From positions 2,046,001 to 2,110,000 of the forward strand of contig CM074811.1 of the NCBI GenBank assembly GCA_037447605.1: DNA of 64,000 nt, given 5' to 3'. Under the pieces are notes generated by a model that made no database searches, had not been told where the DNA came from, and was given only the letters and a program-made list of their open reading frames with translations. This document shows, one piece after another, positions 1 to 13,551 of the stretch. Made by a program: the position numbers and the translations under genes. The number at the start of each line of letters is the position of its first letter. The first letter of the stretch is position 1. The DNA comes from Zygnema circumcarinatum SAG 698-1b. Lineage: Eukaryota; Plantae; Zygnematophyceae.

Positions 1-547
1 CCATGTGAAGGCGTGCCTGCGTGTGCCATAAGACGGGATTAGGTCTTACGAGCAGCCAACGCGCTGGAGCAGCCCCTGTCCCCACATGGGTTTGTTTATT
101 GACTTTGTACATGTTGTGAGGCAGCCATTGGCGAATCGTTGGCTTTGTGCGACTCCCAATAATTCGACTTTTAGGGTTGTCGTTTGATGCAGAATGATGG
201 GCGCCCCCGTTTTGAATTCGCTATTATAATTTGTTGTAACCAACTTTTCTCGTTATAATTCGGTTTGCTCGTGCAAGGTGATGATGCCAAGGAAACGAAA
301 ACAAAACAAAACATAAAAAAACCTTTACAAAAACGCAGAAAGCACGAAGCACGAAGCACTGGGTTTGGGGTTTAAGGTTTAGGGTTTAGAGATTGCCGGC
401 ATGATGCGCCGATGGTTCTCTGTCTTGAAAAGAGAAAATGACATTGAGCTCACGATGGCGAGGCCTTCAAATGTACGTGGACAAAAGCAGCATTTGGAAC
501 CACGACGGACATGTCGCCAAGGACACTGAATTGAAACAGTCGATAAG

Positions 548-682
548 CATTGCAATACGATACGGTAACAATACGATACGATACAATACGATGATTTGCT
601 TTCCCATGCGATGCAATGAAATAGATACGATACGATACTGTACGATACAATATTTTCGTTGTATTTGTCGATACGGTATCAC
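548..682. repeat. Cluster of about 9 (A/G)ATACG motifs, probable transposon subterminal relic
   Basis: aatacgatacggtaacaatacgatacgatacaatacg...gatacgatacgatactgtacgatac...cgatacggtatc. The same motif forms an inverted repeat at 19068-19104. Confidence 0.55.
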
Positions 683-781
683 GTAGAGGGCGCGCCACTG
701 CGCTCCCCTTTAAACTTCCTGTGGCTGTCTTGGGGGGGGGCGGCAAGGGCTCGTGGTTTGAATGGGAGAGGGGGGCCGGCC

Positions 782-3700
782 ATGGAGGGCGATCGGGGGG
801 TGCGTGTGAGGAAGCTTTTGGAAGAGGAGGTCGCTGAATGGCTGGACGATGAGGCCATTTCGGGGATGTTTCAGGCTCCAAATGAGCATGCAGACGATAC
901 AAACTCCATAAAGTTCAATTTCTGGTCGTCGTTGATTCTTCGCATTGCTGGACACTTGGAAACCATAACCATCACCGCAGAAGAGGTGGCTCTTTCCTCG
1001 AGCGTTTTTAGGGTTCTCATTGCCTCATTTTTTTGGCTGCTACAAAGTCAGTCAGAGAACAGAAGCCACTTCCTGAAAGGCGGAGTTCAGTTGTGTTCAA
1101 GGACTTTTTTGCTATCTAGATAGTTAGAAAATTAGCTCATAAATTTCAACTCCATTGTTCCAAATGAAGTAATTAGGCCGTATTACGAACTTATTTTCAA
1201 GACCACCACTTAAACTGGTTTGTGAAATGCAGGTGCAATTTGAATGGTTTATGAGGAGAGGATTGTTGCCTATGGGTATGGATATCGTTCTGGTGAGGAT
1301 TCTTGCAACATTCCGTCCAGAGTGCTAATATAGTGAAGACTTGCTCTAAAACAAGTTGAGGCTTAACTGCCCGGAAGAGGGTTGGCTCGAGACCAGCTCT
1401 TCTAATTGATTGTCTTGATACAGAATTTGCTTGACCGTGTTCTATGATAAAGAGGTCTTAATTCTGCATTTTGCATTCTTGTTTAAATTGCCGGTGCCGA
1501 AAACAAGATTGCGCGGGTCAAACTGCCTTGTGTTGTGATTTGGAGGTTGTGTTGTTCAGGCGGACATGTTGGAGAAAGGCCGTTTGCAAAAGCTGCAGCA
1601 AATGCTGCCACCGCAGCGGACATGGCTCGCCTGGTTTCGGTCAAGTGCTGGTGCAGCTACATCCTGGACAGTGCGTGGATTTGATAGCAGTGATACGCCT
1701 TCTCAAACGTTTGTCGTAATGCCGGTTTTGAAGGTAAGTGCCCTTTTTTAGGCTATCAAACTTAATTACTCTTCTATCATCAAATGCTCTGTTTTGAAAG
1801 TATGTAGTTAGCATGCCATCTCACAGCATAAAATCGTAGTCCCCATTTCAGGCCTTCAGTTCGAAGACCTGTTAGATTAGACTATTATCAAAGATGAATT
1901 TTGAAAGATTTAAATGCAGCACGGTATGTAAGTTTTCCTATTACAAACCTGGCAATGCAGAGCTAAATAGGCGAAAGCTAGTAGGATGATGAACCCCTGA
2001 TGAGCCAATAAACCCTACATGCTCGTAGGACTGAGTGAGGCCCTCTTCTCGATTGTTGCAGGAAAAGTCTGAAGCCGTAACCAGAGTTTTATTGCGTGAA
2101 AGTGCTGGACCAACAGACCTTGTGGTCACGAGCCGAAAGTTATGTGAACTCTGTAAAGGGCAGGAAGCAACTGCTTTGGTCATAAAGCATTTGGTAATGG
2201 AGCGGAAAGCGGTGCACATTACCGTGAAAGACACTGAAGCTGTGGAGGTACACTAGCGCCCGGATTCAGTACAACAACCAAGCAGCAATACTATGCTTCA
2301 GTCACATTGCAGTATCTGTTCAAGCAAATTTTGCTGGTATGCAATGAGTTCAGCGTATGCTGTCCGTTCTAGCCATCTCTCCAACGCTTATGGTTGATCG
2401 TTCATTATGAACCTTTTCTAACCTTTTTTCACGCCATCCGACTTGGCTCGTTTTCATATCATGGGCAAGCACGTTTTACTGTCTGATCCATCCGGTGTCA
2501 ATGTTGAGCAGGATGGGGAAGTTTGGAGGTTCTATTATGGGAATTTGGCACATCCCGATTCTATTCTGAACAACTCAGTTTGAGGATTAGCTTTGTTGGT
2601 CGTCTTCTCAGGGCTTAAAAATCATCAAGAACAGCAAAAGTGAGAAGTTTGTGACAGAAAACGACCGGCGTGTATTGCGTCTGCACCATACAGCAGAGAT
2701 GTTGGAGGATCGCTGTAACATTTATCAGAGGAAAGCAACTTTGTGAGTGCTGGTCTCACCTATTGGACAGTTGACCAAAGGGAATAGGGTTTTGTTACTT
2801 GCATATGATGGTAAACAGAAAGGTTGTTACAATGAAATGGTAGAGGACCAAGGGAAGCAAAGTTATGACTAGTTCTAAGGAATATTGTAGTTGTCGTAGC
2901 GTTCTCGTTAAGGCTAAGCTGATTCATTCTAGAAATTCCAATCTAAACTCACTCATTTGAATCAACAATGAGCCACAACCAGTTGTCTGTATTCTACTTT
3001 TACCTGTCTACCGTGCTTACTCTCATGAGTTATAGTGGGTATGTGCCTGTAGGACTGGCTTCAATGACAACTCTGAACTTCAAAATGGGGCAATTGGTAT
3101 TGCAATGACTATTTTTTTTGTTTATGCGATTTGGACTTGGACCTGGGTTGGTGGAACTCCTACAGGGCCAATGAGCAAGCTCTTATGGCAGTCAGAGCCG
3201 GAAACAAGCAGGCAGCAATAAGGCATTTGAAACAAAAGCGCTCTGTGGATGCTGCAATTGCTCGATGTCATGCACTTATTGACAAGGTCGATAGTGTCCT
3301 TCACATCATCTCTGAAACTCTGATGTCGCAGGAGGTGAGAGTCAGCCAAAATCCCCTCATTGTCCTTTTGTATTGGACAGTAGTGTCGGCGGTTTAGCAG
3401 AAGAGGATTCAAACATACTGGCAATGGATTTCTATGAATGCGTACTTGGATAGCACTGGAGAGTTAATTGTCTGTTTCCAGCCAATAGCGCTTTCGTTCT
3501 TTTGTGGGCTCTTTCTTTCGATATACTCTGTTTGTCTAAGAACTTGTGATATGTTCCCAAGACTCCCCATCTGATAGGTGATTTGGTATTTACAGGATTC
3601 CCTTTGCCACGATGCTTCTTTCATTATTGCCCCATGATCTTCGTTGTGTGTGATCTTCGTCCAGCGCTGTGAATTCCATATTGGCTGTTGGGTAGCTCAC

Positions 3701-4506
3701 CCTCATCCGAACTTCAGGGGTTGGCTCCAATACCAACCCGCGAGGGCAGTGAAGGGAGCAGGACTTGTTGGCTCACAGCGGTTCATAATGGGTGGCTGTC
3801 AGATCATGGCGGCTCTGCGCATGGGGGCGCAAGCCGTTCGAGACCAAGGTCTGTCAGCGGAGGAGGTCAAGGCATCTATGGAGGAAATGGACGCCGTAGT
3901 AATTCAGCATCAGCAAGTGCAGACAGTTATTGGTAAGTACAAAGAAGAAGCGACACGTTTTCCACGCTCAAACGGCCTGTTCACAAAATGCTCGTTCACT
4001 TGAATCCTGCCTGTCCTGTAACTATCAGGCTGTCTGTTTGAACTTGCAACTTTTACCATTGAAGCAGCGAAACCCACTTCACTGTAACGCTTCTCGCTGC
4101 TTTCCACCTCCACATTTTCACATTGTTCCTCTTGTTTCGTTCATTTTTTAATCCCCCAGAAAGCGGCGATGGAGATGAACTGTCGAGTGAAGAGCTCCAA
4201 CAAGAGTTCGACTTGTTGGAGGCAGAGTTGCTGCCATCCGCGAAGGCTGGGGCACCTTCTCCTGTTCCGCGATCAGAGCTAGAACGAAAAGTGGTGGAAT
4301 CGGTGTTGGGGGAGACGAGCAGTGTGCCATGCTCTGACCCGTCCTCAGTAGGACTGAGCTCACATGACCAGTCAGACGTGCGAGGCGTAGCAGAGCCACC
4401 GACCACTCGTGCTAATAATGAGCAGGTGGAGCAGTTGGAGGCAGCTTTTGCGTCGAGTCTGAATCTGAACAAAGGAGGCAGGCAGGCGGCCAAGCTGACT
4501 GAATGA
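782..4506 (+). CDS. CHMP7: Charged multivesicular body protein 7 (ESCRT-III hybrid, winged-helix + Snf7), multi-exon
   Basis: ATG at 782. MEGDRGVRVRKLLEEEVAEWLDDEAISGMFQAP...KFNFWSSLILRIA resembles the plant CHMP7 N-terminus. Snf7-like exons: ANEQALMAVRAGNKQAAIRHLKQKRSVDAAIARCHALIDKVDSVLHII (~3165-3330), IMAALRMGAQAVRDQGLSAEEVKASMEEM (~3800-3930), EELQQEFDLLEAEL (~4160-4506, TGA 4504-4506). Some middle exons not resolved. Confidence 0.88.
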
Positions 4507-5099
4507 GGCAAGTCTTAAGCGAGTACTGCACCCGGGTGCTGTGTTAGGCGCTCATAGATCTGACACAGAATTTGTTTTGACGGATATTGCCACTACCTGT
4601 ACATATGTAAGATGGATCATTGCAAATGCCGTTCCTTGTTTTGTTTACGCTTGGTATGCTTTTTAGGGATGGCAGCGATTAAAAAGGGCGAACCTCTGGG
4701 GTAAAACAAGTCACCGAAGGAAGCGCCGAGAGCAGTGTTTGTCATCTGGTTGGTCTTGAACATGGTCACAGACAGCTTTGTGGGAATAAAGGATTTTTTG
4801 CTAGATTATTAGCCAATACGATAGGAGGTGCTATTCAGGAGATCACAAATCATAAAAAGACAACTTTTGATGCAATGGTTACTGTAACAGGATTCCCACA
4901 AAGGAACCGTTCAACATCTCATCATCCGAGCATTGTGCCAGCTGTTCTCCTGTGAATTTTCCCTAGCGTTGAATGCAGCCATAGCTCCGAACAGAAGGGC
5001 TGAAAACCTGCGATGAACATGGCTATAGACTGGAATCCATATTAGAAAAAAGTGGAACAACGCCTCTCACAGTTGCAATCGAGAGCTTAAATAAAGCTT

Positions 5100-7679
5100 T
5101 CATGAAGGTTTCGTTGCCTGTTCCAAGGCCCTGCTTGCTGGCTTCTTGCCATGACTGCTTTCAGGATCCTTTGTCACAATGAACTGGGTCAGTGTTTCGC
5201 TTTCTGCTTCTTTTACAGGAAGCTCCCCTGTCTGCTCCTGCATGGGATTGTATGTCAGAATCTCCACCTCCTTTCTGGCAACTTCAAGGAGTGCTTGCTT
5301 TGCTTCCTGCAAAGCCCACGGGCATCCTCAATCTGAATTCAGAAATTGCTGCAATCACTTCATTTCAAGCTCTGGCAGGGTCGCATCTGACAAACTTCCA
5401 ACTTAGGTAGCCAGGGGAACTGCTCGAGCCAATACGCACCCTCACCTTTTCCAGAAATTTATTCACGCAGATTATTGACAACTACATCGATGTGCATAGC
5501 CATACGCTATGGCTCAGCTATATCATTCATTTCGTTTGCCACCGTTTTTAGGGATGGACTAAAGTATGCTTCTGTCATCTTGCGTCGAAACGATGGGGAC
5601 TCTTTGGCCCTTAGTTCACGCATTCTGGATAAAGACGTGCTCTCTTTGTTCTCATTGATAAATTCCTCTTCCCCATTTCTGAAGCAAGCGTTGGAAGCCT
5701 CACCAAGCTCTTAGTAAATCGGCGGACCCCTTCCCGCGCAACTGCGAGCTCTTGGCGCGCTTCCTCCCTCTGAGCGTCGGCGCTGGAGGGGGTCTGCTCC
5801 ACCACCTGCTGCTGCCGAGTGGCTATGGCCATTGGCTGCCATCGCTTCACCGCCTCCTTTGCTTGACTGCGGATTGATGAAAGAGTCACACACATAAGTC
5901 AAACTTTAGAACACAGGGAAAGGGGGGCAAGGCTTGCATGCACAGCTGCAGTAAATCAGCTGATTGCCAGTTGAAAGCGTTTTTTCGTTTTTGATAACTT
6001 CGAGCGTTGAGACATCGATGGAGCTTTCTTCATTGAATAGCTTGGTCATTCAATGAGTGAAAGGTTCGTTTGGAATAAAAGCTGCAGGCAAGTCTCTTCC
6101 AAACTGGAATAGGATGCGAGGAACGGTGTCAGGGACTGAGCGTACAGCTCAAACATATTGAAGAACAACCACAAGACCTTCATAATGCTGCGCTTTGTAG
6201 TAAGGAGGCACATTAAATACAAAAAATATCTTCACCTGAGAGGTAGATGAGGCCTGTCTTCTCACCGAGCGCGATCAAGCTCCTTCGCATGACTTGCAGC
6301 CGCTCTGAGCTTGCTCTGCTCCTCCGCCAGCTTTTGCTTATGCGTGCGGATATCAGCCTCCAAAGTAGCCGTACGGCTTTTTGCGCGCAATACTTGCCGT
6401 TGATGAGCTGCTCTTCGCAAATCCCTTTCACGTTCATATCTGAGTAAGACGGCATGAGGAAACCTTGTAAACGCTACGAGTGGCTCTTTTACATGTATAG
6501 CTGGCTCAAAAGGTGGAGATGATATCAAATATTTAGTCTGATTGCTTCGAAGGTGATCAAATAGGCTGCACAAGTCGGCTGAGAAATCAACGTCACTACC
6601 ATGTGCTGATTGTCGCAAAGGGCTAACCTGAGGTCCTAAATGACTTGAGAAAAAGAAAAAAAAAAAAAAATCCGTTTCGCAATGAGGGAAAGAACAATCA
6701 AGAAAGCCTTGTAAGTGGCAAGCGTAATTTTCACTGGATAGGCCATTCAAGCGAAGACCTTTGACCTTTGACCTTTGACCTTTGACATAACAGGAAGCTC
6801 TTTCCAGAGCTTCTGCAACAATGGCTCTATGAAGAAGGTCGGTAGAGATCAATATGGATTTCATGAGAAGCACTCTCAGCCTATGCAGGAGCAGTTTGAA
6901 ATCGACCAGACAATGTCAGGGAAGGTGAAAAGTCTCCCGCCAAATCTTTTAGAGAACCCCCAGCAAGCAGACACAAGGACCATTTACGCGACATGCAAGA
7001 ATAGAAGTGAGCTTGAGGTGACTACTAAGCTACCGACTGTAAAAAGATTATCCTTGGAAACAAAAAGTCCTCCTAGAGAAAATAGATCAAAAGATTTAAA
7101 AAAAAAAATTGAAATATATAAGTAAAGTTTACAGCCTATTTAATTGAAATCTCGTTCTTTTTGGAGCGTGAAGAATTGATTCTAGGCATACCTTATCCTA
7201 TATCTTTCCTTCCAGCCATCGCCGGTCGGGTTCGATTCCAGCATACCACGCCCAGATTCCTCATCTTTATTGATCTCCAAGTGCGACCGAGCCATTCCCT
7301 TCTTCCTTTTGCCAAAAAATCTGCCATTGCTTGATCTTTTCAACTCTTCAGCTCCCCAGAGCTGGACCGCATCCACGTGCTCCTTTCCATCCTCGTCAAA
7401 CACAAGCTGGGATAAAATCCCCCTGTTAGCTGCCACGGCCATCGCAGTGCTGCTCTTCTTTGTTCCAGAATTTCCTTTCTGATGTCCACCTGTTGAATCT
7501 GAACCATTTCCTGAAGGCCACTCTCTTTCCCAGAGGCCCTTCCAAAGGCTGTCAACCTTACTGAGACGCCGAAGCTGTCTTGAAACAAGCGATATGGTAC
7601 AGAAGCTACGACAGCTAAAAGTCTCTCTGACCCCGCAGTGTAGGATGTGCATCCAAATCTCATCAGGAAGAGCAGCCAT
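5100..7679 (-). CDS. SKIP24: F-box protein SKIP24-like, 4 exons
   Basis: F-box MAALPDEIWMHILHCGVRETFSCRSFCTISLVSRQLRRLSKVDSLW (7679-~7190), then YERERDLRRAAHQRQVLRAKS (~6445-6265), EAVKRWQPMAIATRQQQVVEQ (~5880-5700) and EAKQALLEVARKEVEILTYNPMQE ending in TGA at 5100. The motif order matches Arabidopsis SKIP24 as I recall it. Confidence 0.82.
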
Positions 7680-7847
7680 CTCAGACCTCCTTAGAAATGT
7701 TATTGCTCTTAGGCTCTTACCTTCACCTTCTCAAAATCCAAATTGCAAAAGTTCTGAACGTAACGCCATTGAAAAGAAGAAGAGGCCAAAATAGAAACAC
7801 GAACGAAGGTTCAGTAATGCATGCAGTAGCTGCATGTTCAGTGAACC
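7680..7847. promoter_or_regulatory. Putative bidirectional promoter between SKIP24 and ASCC1
   Basis: The divergent ATGs are only 168 bp apart. Confidence 0.5.
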
Positions 7848-10800
7848 ATGAGGGCGCTCTTCTTGGGAAGCTGTAGGAAGAATTTAGCCTCTTTGGCTCC
7901 CATCGGTCAAAGTCTTCATCTGCACGGGCATGGAGGAGCGTATTTCGGTGTAAAGCCGCAGCTACGCAGGGACGTATCTTGCATAGCGGGGTCCTGCTTT
8001 AAAGCTTACCAGGAGGCATTGCAACGAGCAGATAAGAGAAACTTGAATACAGAGCAGAACAGTAGCTGGCTCTTCTCGGCTTCGAGTTTTAGAAGCGCGA
8101 GGTATAGTCTGGAACAGCAGAGGCCTTATATTGCGAGAGGCATGGAGGGAGAGGCAGATAATGCCGTATCGTCGATGGAGGCAGAAATGCCGGAAAAGAA
8201 CCAGCAGCAACAAAGAGCAGGTAAGGTTCAGATTTTCAATTGATTGCAACGGTGCAGCGTAGAGATGCCAGCTGCCGTTATGTCGCCAATTGGGCTTTCC
8301 CGAGTACCTTATGAAAAATAAGAAAGCAAGAGCCTGGCAGGATCAAATCCAATTTCTAGCGCTTTTCTACCGAGAAGTACCATATGGAAAAGAAGTAGAG
8401 ATCAACTTATCGTGATGACTTGAAAACTTGGAATTCTGCATAACAAGCTTCCAGAAAGAAGATGAACTAGTATGAAACTGATGTCATGAAAAATAACATT
8501 TATACCCCCAAGGACATGCTTGGACATTTTCCAAACTCAGTTATGCAGAAAGGTTGCCACTGCGTCGCTGACAGTCAAGCAAGCTGTCTGAATTATCTGG
8601 GCAGTCGTCAAAATGAAGCAACCAGAAAGGTGTTATTTAGCACACAGTTGCTCAAAGCGAAGAACTGAGCAGATTATGAATAGGGTGTACTTCCCTGGTT
8701 TTTGAGCAGATTCAACGAACATTAAAGTACAAAGCGATAACAGGGTTGATGCTAGAGGTCTTGCGGCAACGCTTGGCAGATTAAGGGAATCCGCTCAGCT
8801 GGAGGAGGGGGAGCATAAATTCTCACTTAAGGTTAGTAATCACAAATAATTTAGAAAGTTGTTGCTGGAGCGTGTTTTTTGATTCTTTACAAAGGATTTG
8901 GACGCGATGAAATGGGAACTCTATGGGGGATGATAACCTCTGAGCACGAGCATAATGAGTGCAGAGTTTAGGGTAATCGAGCTGAAAATGCATTCTGGCA
9001 ACTTTTGAGGTCTAGATCGTTGCAGCCTTCTGAGAGCAATTACTGTTAGTTGATTTAATCAATAGTCGGGGATAGCCGCTTAACTACTGGAGCCTCTCGA
9101 GATCGTTACTTTGTAGCGTTAGCTGTCTTCTTGGAAGTTATCTATAGCAACCCATGTCTTGACTAAGGATGAGGCTGCAGACACTGAATATGGTTGTGCT
9201 CTGCTGTGACAGTATGGCACAGGAGGTGCCCTTTGGAAAGACTCAAGTGTAGAACAAAATCTTAGATTTAGTATCACCATAAGTATTAACCCAAGCAGAA
9301 ATTCGTGGGGTGATATTCTTCACAGGTTGATGCAGCACTGATCAAGTTCCTGGTCAGAAAGGGGTGAAGCTTCTGTCCTTCTTTCCCTGTCGCAGAGTTG
9401 ACACCTCTACAGCTACAAGATGATGGAAAGCCTCCCACTGCAAATTCATCTGAACGAAATCATTGATCACGATTTATAGGCGTAGCCACCGCTGTTCTCT
9501 CTGATGAAGCTTGTGTAATGAGTGGGATCTGGACTGTAACCTTAAACTAATTGGTTTATTTGACGGGTCAGGCATTTTCTGGTAGTTCTGCTGCTGCTTG
9601 TTGCACGCGACTCTCTGTCGAGAGCAGCGTCTGCTTGAGAACTATTTTTTTGCTGCTACTCGCATTGCATCATACCCTTTTCATTCACCAGGAGACCAAT
9701 TGATGGAAGTCAGAGAATATTCTGTTGGATTTGTGACAGCTGCAGGTTTAAATTCAAGAGCGTACACTTGCAAGCGTGCTTCCTATGGTCAGGCTGCTCA
9801 TTAATAAACAAACGTTCCTATCTTTAGGCTCTAACTCGCCACCTGTCATATTATTGCCCCACAAATGGATCACCCAGGCTCTCTGTGGTTGCAGGGAGGG
9901 CGTCAGAGATATTGAACGGGCATATGGAGTGCAGCTTCACGTGGGTCCCACGAAGGATGGCGCTCTGCACGTTGGTCAGTTTCCGTACTCTGCTTCCTAT
10001 CCCACCCCTCCTCTAAGGGCCCTACTGTGCATGCTCTTTGGGCTTAGAAGACAACATACAGGTCTCACGTTTCTGATACTGTACTCACTTATAGCCCTGG
10101 ACGTTTGAACCCATGATGGCAGTCATCTTGGGGTGGAGAGAGACCCCATTTCTAGCAATCTTACAATTTTAAGGTGGACTTTTACATGCACTCTGTCATG
10201 TGTGGAGCCTGAGATAAGCAGATGCCTTACTATGTGCAGTTGTCAACGGCCCAAATGAGATGAGCGTGTCTGACGCTGTAGAAAGCATGGAGCGAATGCT
10301 GCAAGAGGTGGGCTTTGGGTAATTTTTCTCAAATACATATCTATGTCTTGTTCATGCAGAAGCGGTATGGTTTCTGAGGTCAGTTGGAGCTGCCAGTGCT
10401 GAGCAGTCTGCTGATCTAAAACTCTTCAAGCACTGGCATTGCCAAAGCGAGGCTGAATGTGTGCTTCTGTTGAGAATAATCTCCTTCATGTAATCATGTA
10501 ATCATGTAATCTTCATGTAATCTCCTTCCTTCTCCTTCCTTCATGTTCTCCTTCATTGTTCTTCTTCTTCTTCTTCTTCTTGTATGGCTCGGATGCGTAA
10601 AGACAGCATGCAAGGTCGGTGTCTTTTCAAGTGCAGTTTGGCCCCTCTGAAAGAGACTGCCACTGCATTGCATTGTGCAGGGCGTAGAAAGCTCCGCTCT
10701 GGGCTATTCGCATTTTGTGTCCCTTCCGCTCGCCGTCCATGCAGGCCTCACACAGCGGCTCACTGCCCTCCAAGACTCCGTTTTCGGGCCTGCTGGAGAT

Positions 10801-13127
10801 GAGTGCAGGAGTCCTCCTTCAGCGAATCTGCCTCAAGGTAGGAACTATGCGGAGCCCTACAGGGGGAGGATAGGGCAAGAAGACGGCTGTTTGGCTTGCA
10901 AGTTGCGTTCAGTTTCGGAATTCATGCGGTAGTTTCCCGCTTTTTGTTGTGCTAGAAGGGCATGCTGGAGAGTGTTGACGGCCAACAGTTGTCTGTCGGC
11001 TTCCTTTTGTTGAGACCTGTTCTGATTCCTACTGATGCATATCATGCACGGAGCAGGCATGTGCAGGTCCATTTTTGTGAAACCTTCTACTTTTCACCTC
11101 ACAGTGCAGATGCTCAAGCTTTGGAACGAGGAGAGAGTCCAATTGGCTTCAGAAGTGCTTCAGGTGAGGAAAGAAACAAAGCAGCGAAAGTGAGTTTCTC
11201 GGGGGTAGAATGAGGACACTGTCAAGAGAAACTAAACCTTGTAAGAAAAAGTTAGTCATTTAAGTTACAGTGGGAGGGGCATGAATTGAGGCCTTTCTGG
11301 AAAAGGAGACAGTATGGATGATCAAGATGAGGGTGGCCGTGGTGGAAGGTCGCCATCTAAATGCGTCGATAGTAACCACAAGTTCATCTTCTGTACCTGT
11401 CTGCAGAGGACCATGCCATCGCTGCACGAGCTATTGGAAGGCCGGCCCATTTCTGTTCGTCTTGGAAGACTGGTGAGGTTATGGGCACAGATTTCCTCTC
11501 CGCCATCATTCCGATCTGTCTTAACCGTCCCTTTTTTTTCCCCCCCTTCCCAATGGGCAATTCTGGTGAAATAGGCGAGTCCCTTGACAAAAAAGCCCAA
11601 GCCTGATCCACCCGTAGCAACTGCGCTCATGAAAGTAATGGCTGCTGTCTGAACGCACAAAGTGGCTGAAGGTATTATTTTACTGGACTTGCAGGTTCAA
11701 ATGAGAGGCCCATCAGCAAAAGCTCACGTTGTCTATGCACAAGTAACGGAAGTCGATGGTTCCGGTCGGCTCCTGCAAGCATGCGGTACGCTCTTTTTCC
11801 CTTCCCCTTGCGTTTCTTCTTAATGCTCATTGAGTTTCAGTTTGTAGCCCTTGTTTTGAAGTTTAACCTGCTGTGGGTTTCTATGCAAGACGGACTCGTT
11901 AAATTAGACCCGAATAAGTTGCAGCTGATTGAGTCTTGTCGATCTCAGACAACCATAGCCTTCGGAGAGCCAAAGCAAGTTCTGACAATTCTATTTGCTT
12001 TCGGGGGAGGACATGAGTCATAAGCTCTCCTGACTGTCGCTTGGAGACTTCTCTGTCAATGGAGCTGTGGACTTTATTGCTGTCTGAAGAAGTTGTTGTC
12101 CATTTGCAGAGATGTTGAGGAAGGCCTATCGGGAGGCTGGCTTGGTGACAGCAAAGGATGCGAACGAGCGATTAAAGGTAGCAGTTGTCTCTATTCTTTG
12201 CCTTTTTTGGGGTGTTTTCTCTGAGTTCTAGCAGCTTGCCAGCTTGGCAGCCTACCTCTGTAGTTGGTACTTTGTAGTAGGCAGACTAATTCTTCTATGG
12301 TACAAAGTCAGAGTGTAGGTGCTCCCCGTGCCCTTATAGTAGGATATCTGCCAAGCAGCAATGCACTGCGTTTTTGCCCCCCATGAAAAAATGTCACCGG
12401 CTGGTGAAGCCCTGGCTAACTGTATTGACAATGGGCGTGTTAGGTAGGTCAGAGAGGTACCTCATCTGAGTAGGTTCATTGTTGGTCAGCAAACAGTAAT
12501 CTTTGGACCTGTTGCCATCACCTCACTTTTGCACTTTTCTCTGATGTTTTCATTCGCATGGCTGGTTGCCATCTTCAGCTCCACGCCACCGTCATCAACA
12601 CGAGCCAACGGAAAAGGTATGGAACTGTGTGACGACCCCTTTCTGAAATGTACTCTGCCGGCTGTCAAGCTTCTCCAAACAGAAACCAAAATCTAGCTGA
12701 TGTTGATTTCACGGACCACCGCCCTTCCAAACCTTCCCACTTAGGAAAGATGTCAGCGATGATGCTGCCTCTTCGGCCCATCGGCATCTGGTAGACTCTT
12801 CCATATTGGGAACTGCCCTTTCCGCCACGTGAGCAATCTTGGATCTCTGGCTATGAATGAGGGAAACGCCATCACATGGATTGCTCGTTTGGCAGTTTGA
12901 GCAAAACATGTCTTCTGATTGGTCGCATGTGTTACTCCTGTTGCAGGTCAATGGGAAATCGGTCAACGAGACGGATTCCAGTTGACGCTCGGTCCCTTTT
13001 GGCAGAGCATGGAGATGCAGACTGGGGGGAATACCCCATCACTGAAGCGCATCTCTCCCAACGCTTTGTCTATGACTCCTGCGGCTATTATCACTGCTGC
13101 AGCAAAATCTGCTTTCCAACTGACTGA
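7848..13127 (+). CDS. ASCC1: Activating signal cointegrator 1 complex subunit 1-like (KH domain + 2H phosphoesterase/AKAP7-like), multi-exon
   Basis: KH-like segment REGVRDIERAYGVQLHVG (~9870-9970), YSHFVSLPL (~10700), first HxT motif IFVKPSTFHLTVQMLKLWNEERV (~11070-11160), second motif LHATVINTSQRK (~12580-12617), and C-terminal DWGEYPITEAHLSQRFVYDSCGYYHCCSKICFPTD ending at 13127. Confidence 0.88.
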
Positions 13128-13551
13128 CTGCAATGGCTCTCAGAGAGCCCTTGTTGCTCAAGGTCAGATCAGTTTCTGAGACGACGCATGCAGAGAGACT
13201 GTTTCGCTTGTAAGTTGGTTGGAAGCGTTCCAAGACACCATCAAATAAACAATTGCAATTGTAAAGTACCTTCCATGATTCTAGACTCAAGCAGGGTGGC
13301 ACTTCTGTCTTGGCCTGAAATCTGATATTGAATCCCTGTGTTAATCTGTGAAGAAAAAAATTGGAAATAACATTAAGTACAGGCTTCGTATAGTACAATT
13401 TTGTTTTCTGCCTTTTCCAAGTCCAACCTATCAACAAAAGAATGAACTTTGCTACTTGATAACTCATAATCAAGGCGCTTCATACACTTTATCTTACACA
13501 TGCGAAGTATCCAGGGCAGCTAAGAGCCGTTCTTTACAATGGCCGTGGAGG

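Noticed and set aside
1-243. Possible first exon of an upstream divergent gene, or an rDNA/transposon fragment
   Set aside because: No diagnostic motif, and too little sequence to support a call.
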